Assembly (NCBI GenBank): GCA_947625545.1
Contig: CANQOW010000001.1
Coordinates: forward strand, 2,129-66,128
From: an uncultured Clostridia bacterium
Lineage (GTDB): Bacteria; Bacillota; Clostridia; TANB77; CAG-508
Length of the DNA stretch: 64,000 bases
Direction: 5' to 3'
The notes beneath the pieces are model-generated. The model saw only the letters and a list, made by a program, of their open reading frames with translations. It had not been told where the DNA came from and ran no database searches. Shown here in pieces: positions 8,961 through 19,555 of the stretch. Every line of letters begins with the position of its first letter. The first letter of the stretch is position 1. The position numbers and the translations under genes were made by a program.

Positions 8961-10076
8961 ATGAAAAAAACATTACAAACAATTTTATTTTTAATGGTAT
9001 TATTAGTAGCACTAATGATAGTACCAAGTATATGTAAAGCAACAACTTACACAGTAGCAACAGAAGATGATTTAAAAGAAAAAATATCAACAGCAGAAGC
9101 AGGAGATATAATAAAATTAAGTGCAGATATTAAATTAAAAGATCCAATAGAAATTAATGGTAAACAAATAACAATAGATGGAGATAATCATACAATAACA
9201 AGAGATACAGAAACATGGGTAACAGGTAGAGTAAGTGCATCATTAATAACATCAGGGGGAACAGGAACAAAAGTAACATTAACAAACTTAAAATTAACAA
9301 ACAGCGAAAAATATGGAGCACAAGCATATAATGGAGGTTATTTAGCATTAAATAATGTAACAATAGGTGGATGTGCTTATGGTGGTGTATTAGTTAATGG
9401 TGGTATATTAGAAGTAATAGACTTAACATTAAACAAAAATAATGACTTAGAAAACAATGGTATAGAAATAGGTAAATCATCAAGTATAGATAGTATTCCA
9501 AAGGTTATAATGAATGGTAAAATAACATCAACAGAAAGTGATAACGTAATATATCTTGCTACAAATGATGCAATGACAGAATTTGATGTAGAAAATACAG
9601 ACGAATCAGAATATAAAATATATGCTAGTGGAGATAAAGTAGTAATAGCAGATGAAAATAATAGAATATTATTCGAAAGTAATTCAAATCCAAATGTAGA
9701 AATAGAAGCAGAAACTTATGAAGAAAGAATGGTTACAATAACATTAAACTTAAATGATAAAACAATAGAATTACCAGTAGTAGCAGGAACAACACTTACA
9801 AAAGAAGACTTAGAACATGCTATTAATTTACAAACATTAAGTTTAAGCAATTACAAAATAGTAGGTTACTATGTAGATAGCAATTTTGAAACAGAATTTA
9901 ATTTTGATACAGAAATAACAGAAAATATGGATATATTTGTAAAATTAGAAACAACTGAAGAAAAAGATACAACACCAAAAACAGGTGTAGAAGATAAAAT
10001 AGAATTCGTAATACCAATGTTAATAGTTTCAATAATAGGTTTAAGTGCAGTTTTATTAAAGAAAAAAGAATTTTAG
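8961..10076 (+). CDS. cell-wall-anchored surface protein with right-handed beta-helix; SrtB-type sorting signal TPKTG
   Basis: Signal peptide, pectate-lyase-like beta-helix repeats, and a C-terminal TPKTG + hydrophobic segment + KKKEF tail. Confidence 0.7.
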   Translation: MKKTLQTILFLMVLLVALMIVPSICKATTYTVATEDDLKEKISTAEAGDIIKLSADIKLKDPIEINGKQITIDGDNHTITRDTETWVTGRVSASLITSGGTGTKVTLTNLKLTNSEKYGAQAYNGGYLALNNVTIGGCAYGGVLVNGGILEVIDLTLNKNNDLENNGIEIGKSSSIDSIPKVIMNGKITSTESDNVIYLATNDAMTEFDVENTDESEYKIYASGDKVVIADENNRILFESNSNPNVEIEAETYEERMVTITLNLNDKTIELPVVAGTTLTKEDLEHAINLQTLSLSNYKIVGYYVDSNFETEFNFDTEITENMDIFVKLETTEEKDTTPKTGVEDKIEFVIPMLIVSIIGLSAVLLKKKEF

Positions 10077-10086
10077 TAAAAAATAA

Positions 10087-10118
10087 GTCTACATTATATA
10101 GGAATATATAATGTAGAC
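10087..10118. terminator. perfect 14-bp hairpin gtctacattatata-ggaa-tatataatgtagac
   Basis: Inverted repeat between the surface-protein gene and the sortase B gene. There is no strong T-run, so it may be a terminator/attenuator or a processing site. Confidence 0.45.
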
Positions 10119-10147
10119 AAAATTATGTTTAAAAGGAAATGTTAAAA

Positions 10148-10948
10148 ATGAATAAAAACAAAAAAATATTATATGGAATTTTATACATAATACTTGTAAT
10201 ACTAGTTATTTATTTAGTAGTATATATAACTAATTATTATTTAGATATGTATTATGCTAAAAAACAAACTAATTTATTAAATGAAATTTCAATAGATACT
10301 AATGAAATTTATTTATCAGATAATGAGATAGAAGAAAATAATATTGAAGAAATAGAACCAATACAAACAGAAAGAATGTTAAAACTTATAGAACTACAAA
10401 AAGAAAATGAAGATATTGTAGCATGGATAGAAATTGAAGGAACTAATATAAATTACCCTGTATTACAAGCCGAAGATAATGATTATTATATGAACCGTAA
10501 TTATTTAAAAAAATATTCTTCAAGTGGATCAATTTTCTTAGATAAAGATTTTAAATGGGAGCCAATGAGTAGCAATTTATTAATATATGGACATAACATG
10601 AAAAATGGAACAATGTTTCAAAATCTTTTGAATTACAGAAATGTAGAATATTATAATGAACATCCTAATATAAGGTTTACAACTGCAAATGAAGATGCAT
10701 ATTATGAAATAATAGCAGTTTTTCAATCTAGAGTATATTATAAAAATGAAAAAAATGTATTTAGGTATTATTATTTTGTTAATGCAGAAAATGAAGAAGA
10801 ATATAATGAATATGTAGAAAATGCTAAAAAAGCATCTTTGTATGATACAGGTAAATCTGCAAGTTTTGGTGATCAATTATTAACACTTTCAACATGTGCT
10901 TATCATACAGAAGATGGAAGATTTGTAGTGGTTGCAAGAAAGATGTAA
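10148..10948 (+). CDS. srtB: class B sortase
   Basis: N-terminal TM, catalytic TLSTCAY motif, conserved His (YGHN) and Arg. It is adjacent to the TPKTG substrate. Confidence 0.8.
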   Translation: MNKNKKILYGILYIILVILVIYLVVYITNYYLDMYYAKKQTNLLNEISIDTNEIYLSDNEIEENNIEEIEPIQTERMLKLIELQKENEDIVAWIEIEGTNINYPVLQAEDNDYYMNRNYLKKYSSSGSIFLDKDFKWEPMSSNLLIYGHNMKNGTMFQNLLNYRNVEYYNEHPNIRFTTANEDAYYEIIAVFQSRVYYKNEKNVFRYYYFVNAENEEEYNEYVENAKKASLYDTGKSASFGDQLLTLSTCAYHTEDGRFVVVARKM

Positions 10949-10952
10949 TAAA

Positions 10953-11088
10953 TTATACCTGCAAAAAGTGGCATGTTTTTAAAATTTATACCTGCAAAAA
11001 GTGGCATGTTTTTAAAATTTATACCCGCAAAAAGTGGCAAATTTTTAAAAATTATACCTGCAAAAAGTGGCATGTTTTTATTGACTAT
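10953..11088. repeat. tandem direct repeats, 33-34 bp x 4 (tacctgcaaaaagtggcatgtttttaaaattta)
   Basis: Four contiguous copies. The last overlaps a TTGACT -35 and a TGtGATAAT extended -10 just upstream of the 11133 ATPase. Confidence 0.85.
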
Positions 11089-11132
11089 TCCTTTTTTATG
11101 TGATAATATTAGTTTATAAGGAGAGTAATTTT

Positions 11133-12437
11133 ATGAAAAGATTATTTGAAAATAAACTATTAGAATGGAAACAATCAGGGATGAAAAAGCCTTTAATGGT
11201 TGTTGGAGCAAGACAAATTGGAAAAACATATACAATTGAAAATTTTGCTAAGTCAAATTTTAAAGAATATCTATACTTTAACTTAGAAAAAAATTCAGAA
11301 ATAAAGGAAATCTTTGAAAAATCTATTGATGATGAAAAGATAATAAGTGAAATAGAACTATATCTAGGTAAAAAAATAGATATTGAGAATACAATATTAT
11401 TTTTTGATGAAGTTCAAGTAAGCGAAAACTTTATAGTTTCATTAAAATATTTTAATGAATCAGAAAAACCATACAAAATAATATGTGCAGGAAGTTTATT
11501 AGGTGTAAAAATAAATAGATTTAAGAGTTCATTTCCAGTAGGGAAAATTAGAATTGAATATATGTATCCTATGAATTTTGAAGAATTTTTAATAGCAACA
11601 GGAAATGAAATTTTACGAGAAAAAATAAAAGAATGTTATGAATCTATGTCTCCTATGCCTGAATATGCTCATAAACAAGCAATAGAATTATATAAAAAAT
11701 ATTTGTGCGTAGGTGGAATGCCAGAAGCGGTAAATAATTTAGTAGAAAATAAACTAGATATATTAAATTTCGATTCACATATTATTTCAGATATAAAAGA
11801 TATGTATATAGCAGATATGCAAAAATATGTAAAAAATAACTTTGAAAGTATTAAAATTGAAAAAATATATAAAAATATTCCAAGTCAATTAGCAAAAGAT
11901 AATAAAAATTTTAAATATAGTTTTATAGAAGAAACAGGTAGAAAAAGAAAATATGAAAGCTCTATTGATTGGTTAGTTGCTGCAAAAATGATTTTAATAA
12001 ACTACAATTCAAAAAGAATGGAAATACCATTAAAGGTATATATAAATGAAGATACATTTAAGTTATATTTAAGTGATGTTGGAATATTAACTAATATGAG
12101 TGAAGTTAAATTTCCAGATATAATGTTAGATAATACTTTTATATATAAAGGTGCTATAACAGAAAATTATGTTGCACAAGAATTAGTATCAAAACAAGAA
12201 TCATTATATTATTGGACATCAAATAGAAGTGCAGAAATAGACTTTGTTTTATATAGTGAAGAAGATGGAATAATTCCAATTGAAGTAAAAAGTGGAAGTA
12301 ATGTAAAGTCTGCAAGTTTAAATATGTATATTAATGAATTTCATCCAAAATATGCAATTAGATTTTCAACTAGAAATTTTGGATTCGAAAATAATATAAA
12401 ATCAATTCCTTTATATGCAGTATTTTGCATTAAGTAA
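11133..12437 (+). CDS. AAA+ ATPase with DUF4143 (paralog 2)
   Basis: Walker A GARQIGKTYT; same architecture as 6422. ATG at 11133 has an AGGAG RBS; the track start 11100 is an upstream extension. Confidence 0.75.
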   Translation: MKRLFENKLLEWKQSGMKKPLMVVGARQIGKTYTIENFAKSNFKEYLYFNLEKNSEIKEIFEKSIDDEKIISEIELYLGKKIDIENTILFFDEVQVSENFIVSLKYFNESEKPYKIICAGSLLGVKINRFKSSFPVGKIRIEYMYPMNFEEFLIATGNEILREKIKECYESMSPMPEYAHKQAIELYKKYLCVGGMPEAVNNLVENKLDILNFDSHIISDIKDMYIADMQKYVKNNFESIKIEKIYKNIPSQLAKDNKNFKYSFIEETGRKRKYESSIDWLVAAKMILINYNSKRMEIPLKVYINEDTFKLYLSDVGILTNMSEVKFPDIMLDNTFIYKGAITENYVAQELVSKQESLYYWTSNRSAEIDFVLYSEEDGIIPIEVKSGSNVKSASLNMYINEFHPKYAIRFSTRNFGFENNIKSIPLYAVFCIK

Positions 12438-12530
12438 AATTTAATTTAAAATAATGCAAAATATATTGAAAAATTTTGTAGAATTATATATAATTAAAAA
12501 ATCAAATAATATAAGAAAACAAGAGGTAAT

Positions 12531-13022
12531 ATGAATAAAATAATAATAAAAGTAATATTTGGAATAATGGTTTTAACGTGGATGATAACTGTATTTACTT
12601 TATCAAATGAACCAGCAAAAAAATCATCTAATACTAGTGGAAAAACAATAAGAATTATTATAAACATACTTCCAAATACTAGAAATATGGACGAAAATGA
12701 AAAAGAACAAATAGTATCAGATTTACAACCAATTACAAGAAAACTAGCACACTTTTCATTATATACATTAGGAGGAATATTAATATATAATTTTATTAAT
12801 GCTTTTAATATAGAGTTTAATAAAAAGTTTATATTTAGTTTTTTAATTGGTGGAATTTATGCTATTTCAGATGAATTCCATCAATTATTTATACCCGGAA
12901 GAAGCGGAGAAATAAGAGATGTATGTATAGATTCTAGTGGTGTTTTACTTGGAATTTTTATAATGATTGTGTTGATTAAATTAGGAGGAAAAATTGGAAG
13001 AAATAAGAGAGAAAATAGTTAA
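12531..13022 (+). CDS. VanZ-like family membrane protein
   Basis: 163 aa, 4 TM. The SDEFHQLFIPGRSGEIRDVCIDSSGV motif is typical of VanZ-like proteins. Confidence 0.7.
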   Translation: MNKIIIKVIFGIMVLTWMITVFTLSNEPAKKSSNTSGKTIRIIINILPNTRNMDENEKEQIVSDLQPITRKLAHFSLYTLGGILIYNFINAFNIEFNKKFIFSFLIGGIYAISDEFHQLFIPGRSGEIRDVCIDSSGVLLGIFIMIVLIKLGGKIGRNKRENS

Positions 13023-13389
13023 ATTTTTAACTAAAAAATATGAATTAGAAGCGATAATTATATTTGGAAGTTATGCAAGAAATACTCAAAATGAAGAAAG
13101 TGATATAGATATTGCAATTAAATTTGTAAAAAATGTAAATATTCAAGAATTAAAAATAGAGTTAGAAGATTTACTAAAAAAAGATATAGATTTAATAGAT
13201 TTAGATAAGATAGAAAATGAGGCATTTAGATATGAAATACTTATGACAGGTGAATTAATTTATGTAAAAGATCAATATAAATTTGATTTATATAAAATAG
13301 ATATGTTTAGAGAGTATTTTGAATTAAATGAAATGAGGCAAGATATTATAAACAACATAAAAAATGGAGGAGATATTTATGGAAAATGA
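12994..13389 (+). CDS. nucleotidyltransferase (MNT-type antitoxin)
   Basis: GSYARNTQNEESDIDIAI minimal nucleotidyltransferase motif. TTG start with a GGAGGA RBS. Overlaps the next gene. Confidence 0.75.
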   Translation: MEEIREKIVKFLTKKYELEAIIIFGSYARNTQNEESDIDIAIKFVKNVNIQELKIELEDLLKKDIDLIDLDKIENEAFRYEILMTGELIYVKDQYKFDLYKIDMFREYFELNEMRQDIINNIKNGGDIYGK

Positions 13390-13798
13390 AGGAGTATTAA
13401 TAAATAAGTATGAAATCATTGAAAGATGTATAAATAGAATAAATGAAGAATATGAAAATAATCCACAAAATTTAGATGATTATAGAAAAGTAGATGCAAT
13501 AGTATTAAATTTACAAAGAGCATGCGAAGCATGTTGTGATATAGCAAGTTATGTAGTTTCATCAAGAAAACTTGGAATACCTCAAATAAAAAGAGATGCT
13601 TTTATATTATTAGAAAAAAATAAATTAATAGATAGTAACACTTGTACAAAAATGAAAAATATGATAACTTTTAGAAATATTGCAGTACATGATTACAAAC
13701 AAATAGATGAAGATATTTTACAAGATGTAATAGAAAATGATTTAGAAGATTTAAAAGAGTTCGCAAGAATGATGATAAATTTAGATAGAAATTTGTAG
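13379..13798 (+). CDS. HepT-like (DUF86) toxin
   Basis: RNIAVHDY (Rx4HxY) DUF86 motif. 4-11 bp overlap with the upstream MNT gene. Confidence 0.8.
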   Translation: MENEGVLINKYEIIERCINRINEEYENNPQNLDDYRKVDAIVLNLQRACEACCDIASYVVSSRKLGIPQIKRDAFILLEKNKLIDSNTCTKMKNMITFRNIAVHDYKQIDEDILQDVIENDLEDLKEFARMMINLDRNL

Positions 13799-13844
13799 AA
13801 AAAAACAAAAAACTATTGATTAATGTAAATATAATTGATATAAT

Positions 13845-13913
13845 AAAATTGTGTAAAAGCTAATTATAGTCTTTGATTAATAATCATAGACTATAAAAAA
13901 TTGTGTATAAAAG
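13845..13913. promoter_or_regulatory. direct repeat aaaattgtgta(t)aaaag x2 flanking hairpin tatagtct-N14-agactata, upstream of the polysaccharide operon
   Basis: DR at 13845-13859 and 13897-13913; hairpin at 13865-13895. The second DR contains a TGtgTATAAA extended -10. Confidence 0.4.
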
Positions 13914-13925
13914 GGAGTAAACATA

Positions 13926-15818
13926 ATGAAATTAGCAGATAGATTAAGAAAATATAGAAGATATGCATTACTAATTATAGATATTATAATAATTGTATTA
14001 GCATATATAGGTTTACAAATATTTATAAGAGATACATTTAAATTAGATACAGCAATATTTAACAAAATAAGAAATACAATTATAATAGCAGTATTTGTAT
14101 ATTCAATAATATTTATTTTATTCAAATTATATAAAAATATAACTAGGTATGAAAGTGGAAAAGATTATTTAGTATACATTGCAGCATGCTTAATATCAAG
14201 TTTAGGGGTATCTTTAATTGGAACAGCATATAAAATTAATACATTAAATTTAAAACATAATATAGTAACAGCGCTAATAATAGCAATGGGGGTAGTTGGT
14301 TACAGAATAATTTTAAGAATAATATTAAACGAAGAGTTACCAATACCAAAAATTGAAGAAAAAGAAGAACAAAAAACAAAAAATTTATTAATAATAGGTG
14401 CAGGTTCAGCAACAAGAGATATAATAAAATCTATTAAAACAAAAATGAAAAATGAATATAATATAGTAGGAATAATAGATGATAATAAAGATAAATTAGG
14501 TCGTTGTATTGCAGGAATAGATGTAGTAGGCGATAGAAATGATATTATAAAAATATGTAAAAGAGAAAAAGTAGATGAAATATTTTTCTCAATATCAAAA
14601 ATAGATAAAAAAGATAGAAAAGATATAATAGAAAAATGTCAAAATACAGGTGCAAAAACTAGAATATTACCAAGTACAGAAGATTTAATAAAAAATAAAA
14701 CATTAATGGATAATTTAAGAGATATAGAAATAGAAGATATTTTAGGAAGAGAACCAATAAAATTAGATAATAATAATATAAGTGAATTAATAAATAATAG
14801 AATTGTATTGGTAACTGGTGGTGGAGGCTCAATAGGTTCAGAATTATGCAGACAAATAGCAAAATTTAATCCTAAACAACTTGTAATATTTGATATATAT
14901 GAAAACAATTTATATAATATAGAAATGGAACTAAGACAAAACTATTCAAATTTAGATTTAAAAGCAATAGTAGGAAGTGTTAGAGATAAAGCAAAACTAG
15001 AAAATTTATTTGAAACATATAAACCAGAATTAGTATTTCATGCTGCAGCACATAAACATGTTCCACTAATGGAAGTAAGTCCATTAGAAGCAATAAAAAA
15101 TAATGTATTTGGAACATATAATGTTGTAAATGCAAGCGATAAATATAAAGTAGAAAAATTTGTATTAATTTCAACAGATAAAGCAGTTAACCCTACAAAT
15201 ATAATGGGAGCAACTAAAAGAATTTGTGAAATGATAATACAAACAAAAAATAAAGTAAGTAACACAGAATTTGTTGCAGTTAGATTTGGAAATGTATTAG
15301 GAAGTAATGGTTCAGTAGTTCCACTATTTAAAAAACAAATTGAAAAAGGTGGACCAGTTACTGTAACACATAAAGATATTATAAGATATTTTATGACAAT
15401 ACCAGAAGCAGTACAATTAATATTACAAGCAATTACTTATGCAAACGGGGGAGAAATTTTTGTATTAGATATGGGTGAACCAGTTAAAATATATGATTTA
15501 GCAGTAAGTTTAATAAAATTATCTGGTTTAGAACCTAATGTAGATATTCCAATAGAAATAACAGGTTTAAGACCAGGCGAAAAATTATACGAAGAACTAT
15601 TAATGTCTGAAGAAGGATTACAAAAAACTGCACATAACAAAATATTTGTTGCAGAGCCAATAACATTAGAAATGAAAGAATTAGAAGAAAAATTAGCAAA
15701 ATTAAAAGAACTAATTAAAGACGAAAAAAATACAAAAGAAGATGTAAAAAAAGTTATTAAAGAAACAGTACCAACATTTATAGAACCAGAATATGCTAAT
15801 AAAATAAAAATAAAATAA
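13926..15818 (+). CDS. membrane-anchored UDP-GlcNAc 4,6-dehydratase (CapD/PglF/WbpM family)
   Basis: N-terminal 4 TM, Rossmann VLVTGGGGSIGSEL, Polysacc_synt_2-type SDR core. Confidence 0.85.
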   Translation: MKLADRLRKYRRYALLIIDIIIIVLAYIGLQIFIRDTFKLDTAIFNKIRNTIIIAVFVYSIIFILFKLYKNITRYESGKDYLVYIAACLISSLGVSLIGTAYKINTLNLKHNIVTALIIAMGVVGYRIILRIILNEELPIPKIEEKEEQKTKNLLIIGAGSATRDIIKSIKTKMKNEYNIVGIIDDNKDKLGRCIAGIDVVGDRNDIIKICKREKVDEIFFSISKIDKKDRKDIIEKCQNTGAKTRILPSTEDLIKNKTLMDNLRDIEIEDILGREPIKLDNNNISELINNRIVLVTGGGGSIGSELCRQIAKFNPKQLVIFDIYENNLYNIEMELRQNYSNLDLKAIVGSVRDKAKLENLFETYKPELVFHAAAHKHVPLMEVSPLEAIKNNVFGTYNVVNASDKYKVEKFVLISTDKAVNPTNIMGATKRICEMIIQTKNKVSNTEFVAVRFGNVLGSNGSVVPLFKKQIEKGGPVTVTHKDIIRYFMTIPEAVQLILQAITYANGGEIFVLDMGEPVKIYDLAVSLIKLSGLEPNVDIPIEITGLRPGEKLYEELLMSEEGLQKTAHNKIFVAEPITLEMKELEEKLAKLKELIKDEKNTKEDVKKVIKETVPTFIEPEYANKIKIK

Positions 15819-15844
15819 ATTTGAAAGGAAGTTTGATTTTAGTT

Positions 15845-16969
15845 ATGAGCGAAAAAATATTTTTGGCATCACCACATATGTCTGATGAAGGATATGAAAA
15901 AGAATATATTAAAGAAGCATTTGATACAAACTGGATAGCACCATTAGGAGAAAATGTAAATAAATTTGAAGAAGAAATTGCAAACTATGTTGGAGCACAA
16001 AATGCTGCTGCATTAACATCAGGAACAGCAGCAATACATATGGCTTTAAAAGCATTAGATGTAAAACAAGGAGATATTGTATTTTGTTCTTCATTAACAT
16101 TTTCAGCAACAGCAAACCCTATAATATACCAAAATGCAACACCAGTGTTTATAGATAGTGAAGAAGAAACATGGAATATGGATCCTGTTGCATTAGAAAA
16201 AGCATTCGAAAAATATCCAAATCCTAAAGCAGTTATTATTGTACATTTATATGGAATACCTGCAAAAATGGACGAAATAGTAAAAATATGTAAAGAACAT
16301 AATACACCACTTATAGAAGATGCAGCAGAAAGTTTAGGTGCTACATATAAAGGAAAACAAACAGGAACATTTGGAAAATACGGAGCATATTCTTTTAATG
16401 GAAATAAAATAATAACAACTAGTGGCGGAGGAATGTTAGTTTCTGATGATAAAGAAAAAATACAAAAAGTTAGATTTTGGATTACACAATCAAGAGAAAA
16501 AGAAAGATATTATGAACATAAAGAATTAGGATACAATTATAGAATGAGCAATATTGTAGCAGGAATTGGTAGAGGACAATTAAAAGTTTTAAATAAAAGA
16601 ATTGAACAAAAAACAGACATTTATAATAGATATAAAGAGGCATTTAAAGATATTGAAGAAATTGAAATGCAACCAACACTAGAAAATACAAAACCAAATT
16701 ATTGGTTATCTGTAATAACATTAAAGGAAACAAGTAAGGTTAAACCAATAGATATTATAGTAGCATTAGAAAAAGGAAATATAGAATCAAGACCAGTATG
16801 GAAACCAATGCATATGCAACCTGTTTTTGAAGATTGTGATTTTATAAAAGTTAAAGAAAAAGCAGTTTCAACAGATTTATTTGAAAGAGGAGTTTGCTTA
16901 CCTTCTGATACTAAAATGACTGTTGAACAACAAGAAAAAGTAATAAATGTAATTAAAAAATTATTCTAG
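15845..16969 (+). CDS. DegT/DnrJ/EryC1 sugar aminotransferase (PglE-like)
   Basis: PLP-dependent fold with a conserved Lys region (SFNGNKIITTSGGG). ATG at 15845 has an RBS; the track's 15821 start is TTG. Confidence 0.85.
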   Translation: MSEKIFLASPHMSDEGYEKEYIKEAFDTNWIAPLGENVNKFEEEIANYVGAQNAAALTSGTAAIHMALKALDVKQGDIVFCSSLTFSATANPIIYQNATPVFIDSEEETWNMDPVALEKAFEKYPNPKAVIIVHLYGIPAKMDEIVKICKEHNTPLIEDAAESLGATYKGKQTGTFGKYGAYSFNGNKIITTSGGGMLVSDDKEKIQKVRFWITQSREKERYYEHKELGYNYRMSNIVAGIGRGQLKVLNKRIEQKTDIYNRYKEAFKDIEEIEMQPTLENTKPNYWLSVITLKETSKVKPIDIIVALEKGNIESRPVWKPMHMQPVFEDCDFIKVKEKAVSTDLFERGVCLPSDTKMTVEQQEKVINVIKKLF

Positions 16970-16977
16970 GAGGAATT

Positions 16978-18282
16978 ATGTTAAATATAAAGACAGTTAG
17001 TATTATAGGTGCTAATGGAACAATGGGGTCGTTGATTTCTGCAATTATCGCAGGATTTGGAGATTGCAAAGTATATTTAATTAGTAGAAATAAGCAAAAT
17101 TCTATAGATGTAATAAATAAAGCAAAAAAATCTATAAGAAGTGATATTATTGAAAAAAATTTAATTCCAATAGATTATACTCAATTAAAAGATGCTGTTC
17201 AAGAATCTGATTGGATTTTTGAATCAATTATTGAAGATTATGATGCAAAATCTAAAATATATAAAGAAATTAATTTATATAATATAAATCATGCAATTAT
17301 AAGTACAGGAACTTCAGGATTGTCAATAAACAAATTGGCTGAAAATTTTTCAGAAGAAAATAAAAAAAGATTCTTAGGAATGCATTTTTTTAATCCACCA
17401 TATAGTTTAAATTTATGCGAAATTATTCCATCAAAATATACAGATAGTGCTTTAATTGAAAATTTAAGAAAATATTTAGAAAATATTTTAATAAGAAATA
17501 CAATTATTGTTAAAGATGAACCTGCATTTTTAGCAAATAGAATAGGTTTTGAATTTTTAAATGAAGTATTACAACTTGCTGAAAAATACAAAGATAAAGG
17601 TGGAATTGATTACATAGATAGTTTATTTTCAGGATATACTGGTAGAACAATGAAACCATTAGAAACAATTGATTTTGTTGGACTTGATGTTCATAAGGCT
17701 ATAGTAGATAATATATATAATAATACCAATGATGAATTTACTGAAAAATTTATTTGTCCAAATTTTTTAATTAAATTAATCGAATTAGGAAAATTAGGAA
17801 AAAAAACAAAAGAAGGATTATATCGTAAAGTAGTAAAAGATGGTATTGAAGAAAATCAAGTATACGATATAAACACTGGGGAATATAGAAAAATTAAAAA
17901 ATATGAGAACAATACTATAAATGAAATTATAAACTTAATAAAATTAGCAAAATATGAGCAAGCATATAAAATTTTAATAGAAAATACAGATGAAGATTTA
18001 CAATTAGTTGTGAAATTATTAACTACATATATAGTTTATTCATTAATTATGTCAAGCAAATATGCAGAAAGCTTAAATGACTGTGATAAAGCCATGGAGT
18101 TTGGATTTAATTGGTGTCCTCCTATTGCAATGAAAGAGTTAATAAAAGAAGTTGGTGCAATTAATAAAATAGTGAATAAATATATAGATAGTAAAATTAT
18201 TGAAAAATATAATGTTTATGATTTAATACAAAAATCTAATACAATTTATGATTATAGAAAATTCTTAAAGGCTACATATTAA
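16978..18282 (+). CDS. 3-hydroxyacyl-CoA dehydrogenase family protein
   Basis: N-terminal IIGANGTMGS NAD-binding motif and the HFFNPP 3HCDH signature. Confidence 0.75.
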   Translation: MLNIKTVSIIGANGTMGSLISAIIAGFGDCKVYLISRNKQNSIDVINKAKKSIRSDIIEKNLIPIDYTQLKDAVQESDWIFESIIEDYDAKSKIYKEINLYNINHAIISTGTSGLSINKLAENFSEENKKRFLGMHFFNPPYSLNLCEIIPSKYTDSALIENLRKYLENILIRNTIIVKDEPAFLANRIGFEFLNEVLQLAEKYKDKGGIDYIDSLFSGYTGRTMKPLETIDFVGLDVHKAIVDNIYNNTNDEFTEKFICPNFLIKLIELGKLGKKTKEGLYRKVVKDGIEENQVYDINTGEYRKIKKYENNTINEIINLIKLAKYEQAYKILIENTDEDLQLVVKLLTTYIVYSLIMSSKYAESLNDCDKAMEFGFNWCPPIAMKELIKEVGAINKIVNKYIDSKIIEKYNVYDLIQKSNTIYDYRKFLKATY

Positions 18283-18293
18283 GGAGTTGAACT

Positions 18294-19553
18294 ATGGAAA
18301 ATGTTTTAATATTAGGTGGAAGTCAAACTGATTTTGAAAGAAATTGGAAAAAAGAAGGAAAAGGATATGAAGCGCTTTTAAAAGAAGTTTTTGAAGATTC
18401 TATAAAAGAATGTAATATTAGCAAAGAAGAAATAGAAAGACTAAATAAAGAAAATAAGATAGAATGTTTTGTAGGAAATTTTATAGCAGAAAATTATATT
18501 GAACAAGGTCATTTAGGAGCATTACTAACTAATGTTGATAAATGTTTCTATGGAATTCCATCAGCAAGATATGAAGCAGCATGTGCATCAGGTTCAGTAG
18601 CAATTAGTTCAGCTATTTCGAAAATAAAAGCGAAAGAGATAGAAGTAGCAATTGTAATAGGTTTTGAATTAATGAAGACAGTTGATAGTAAAACATGTGG
18701 AGACTATTTAGGAAAAGCGGCTATTTATAATGAAGAAAGCAAAGGAATTGATTTACCTTTTCCAAAATTATTTGGAAGATTAGCAGATGAAACAATAAAA
18801 AAATATAATTTAGATAAGGAAAGATATTTAAATGCACTAGCAAAAATATCTGAAATTAATTATAACAATGCTAAAAGAAATCCAAATGCACAAACAAGAA
18901 AATGGTTTATGAACTTAAAAAATGCTCAAAATAGAAATACAGAAAATAATCCAAGTGTTGGTGGAATGTTGTCAGTCTCTGATTGCTCACAAGTAACAGA
19001 TGGAGCAGCAATGCTTATTCTTGTTTCAGAAGAATATGCTAAAAATAATTATGGTAGTATATACAAAACTTTACCAATAATAAAAGGAGAAGGACATAGA
19101 AATGCACCTATGAGATTTTCAGATAAAATTGAAGAAAGTAAAAATAATGAATATATTTTGCCATGGACAAGATTAGCAGTTGTAGAAGCATGTAACAAGT
19201 CTGGGGTAAGTGAAAACGAAATTGATTTTTTTGAAACTCATGATTGTTTCACATCAAGTGAATATGTGGCAATTTCATGTTTTGGAATAACAAAACCTGG
19301 TGAAGAATATATAGCAATAGAGAAAAATGAAATTTCATTTGAAGGGAAAAAACCAATTAATCCTAGTGGTGGTCTAATTGGCTGTGGGCATCCTGTTGGA
19401 GCAACTGGAGTAAGAATGATGTTAGATTTATATAAACAATTAACAGGAAAAGCAGGAGGTTATCAATTAAAAAATGTAAAAAATGGATTAATGCTAAATA
19501 TTGGTGGATCTGCTACAACAAATTATGTATTTATTGTAGGAAAGCGAGGATAG
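18294..19553 (+). CDS. thiolase-family condensing enzyme
   Basis: Active-site region EAACASGS and C-terminal thiolase signature [10 protein letters not shown]. Confidence 0.75.
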   Translation: MENVLILGGSQTDFERNWKKEGKGYEALLKEVFEDSIKECNISKEEIERLNKENKIECFVGNFIAENYIEQGHLGALLTNVDKCFYGIPSARYEAACASGSVAISSAISKIKAKEIEVAIVIGFELMKTVDSKTCGDYLGKAAIYNEESKGIDLPFPKLFGRLADETIKKYNLDKERYLNALAKISEINYNNAKRNPNAQTRKWFMNLKNAQNRNTENNPSVGGMLSVSDCSQVTDGAAMLILVSEEYAKNNYGSIYKTLPIIKGEGHRNAPMRFSDKIEESKNNEYILPWTRLAVVEACNKSGVSENEIDFFETHDCFTSSEYVAISCFGITKPGEEYIAIEKNEISFEGKKPINPSGGLIGCGHPVGATGVRMMLDLYKQLTGKAGGYQLKNVKNGLMLNIGGSATTNYVFIVGKRG

Positions 19554-19555
19554 AA

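Noticed and set aside
6294-11088. Possibility that the tandem repeat arrays are CRISPR arrays
   Set aside because: The units are contiguous with no unique spacers, there are only 3-4 copies, no cas genes are present, and the units sit directly on promoters. They are operator/iteron-like rather than CRISPR.
10894-11103. 69-aa ORF (MCLSYRRWKICSGCKKDVINYTCKKWHVFKIY...) in the ORF track
   Set aside because: It is a direct translation of the four tandem 33-34 bp repeats, giving the periodic YTCKKWHVFKI. It has no RBS and overlaps the promoter of the ATPase gene.
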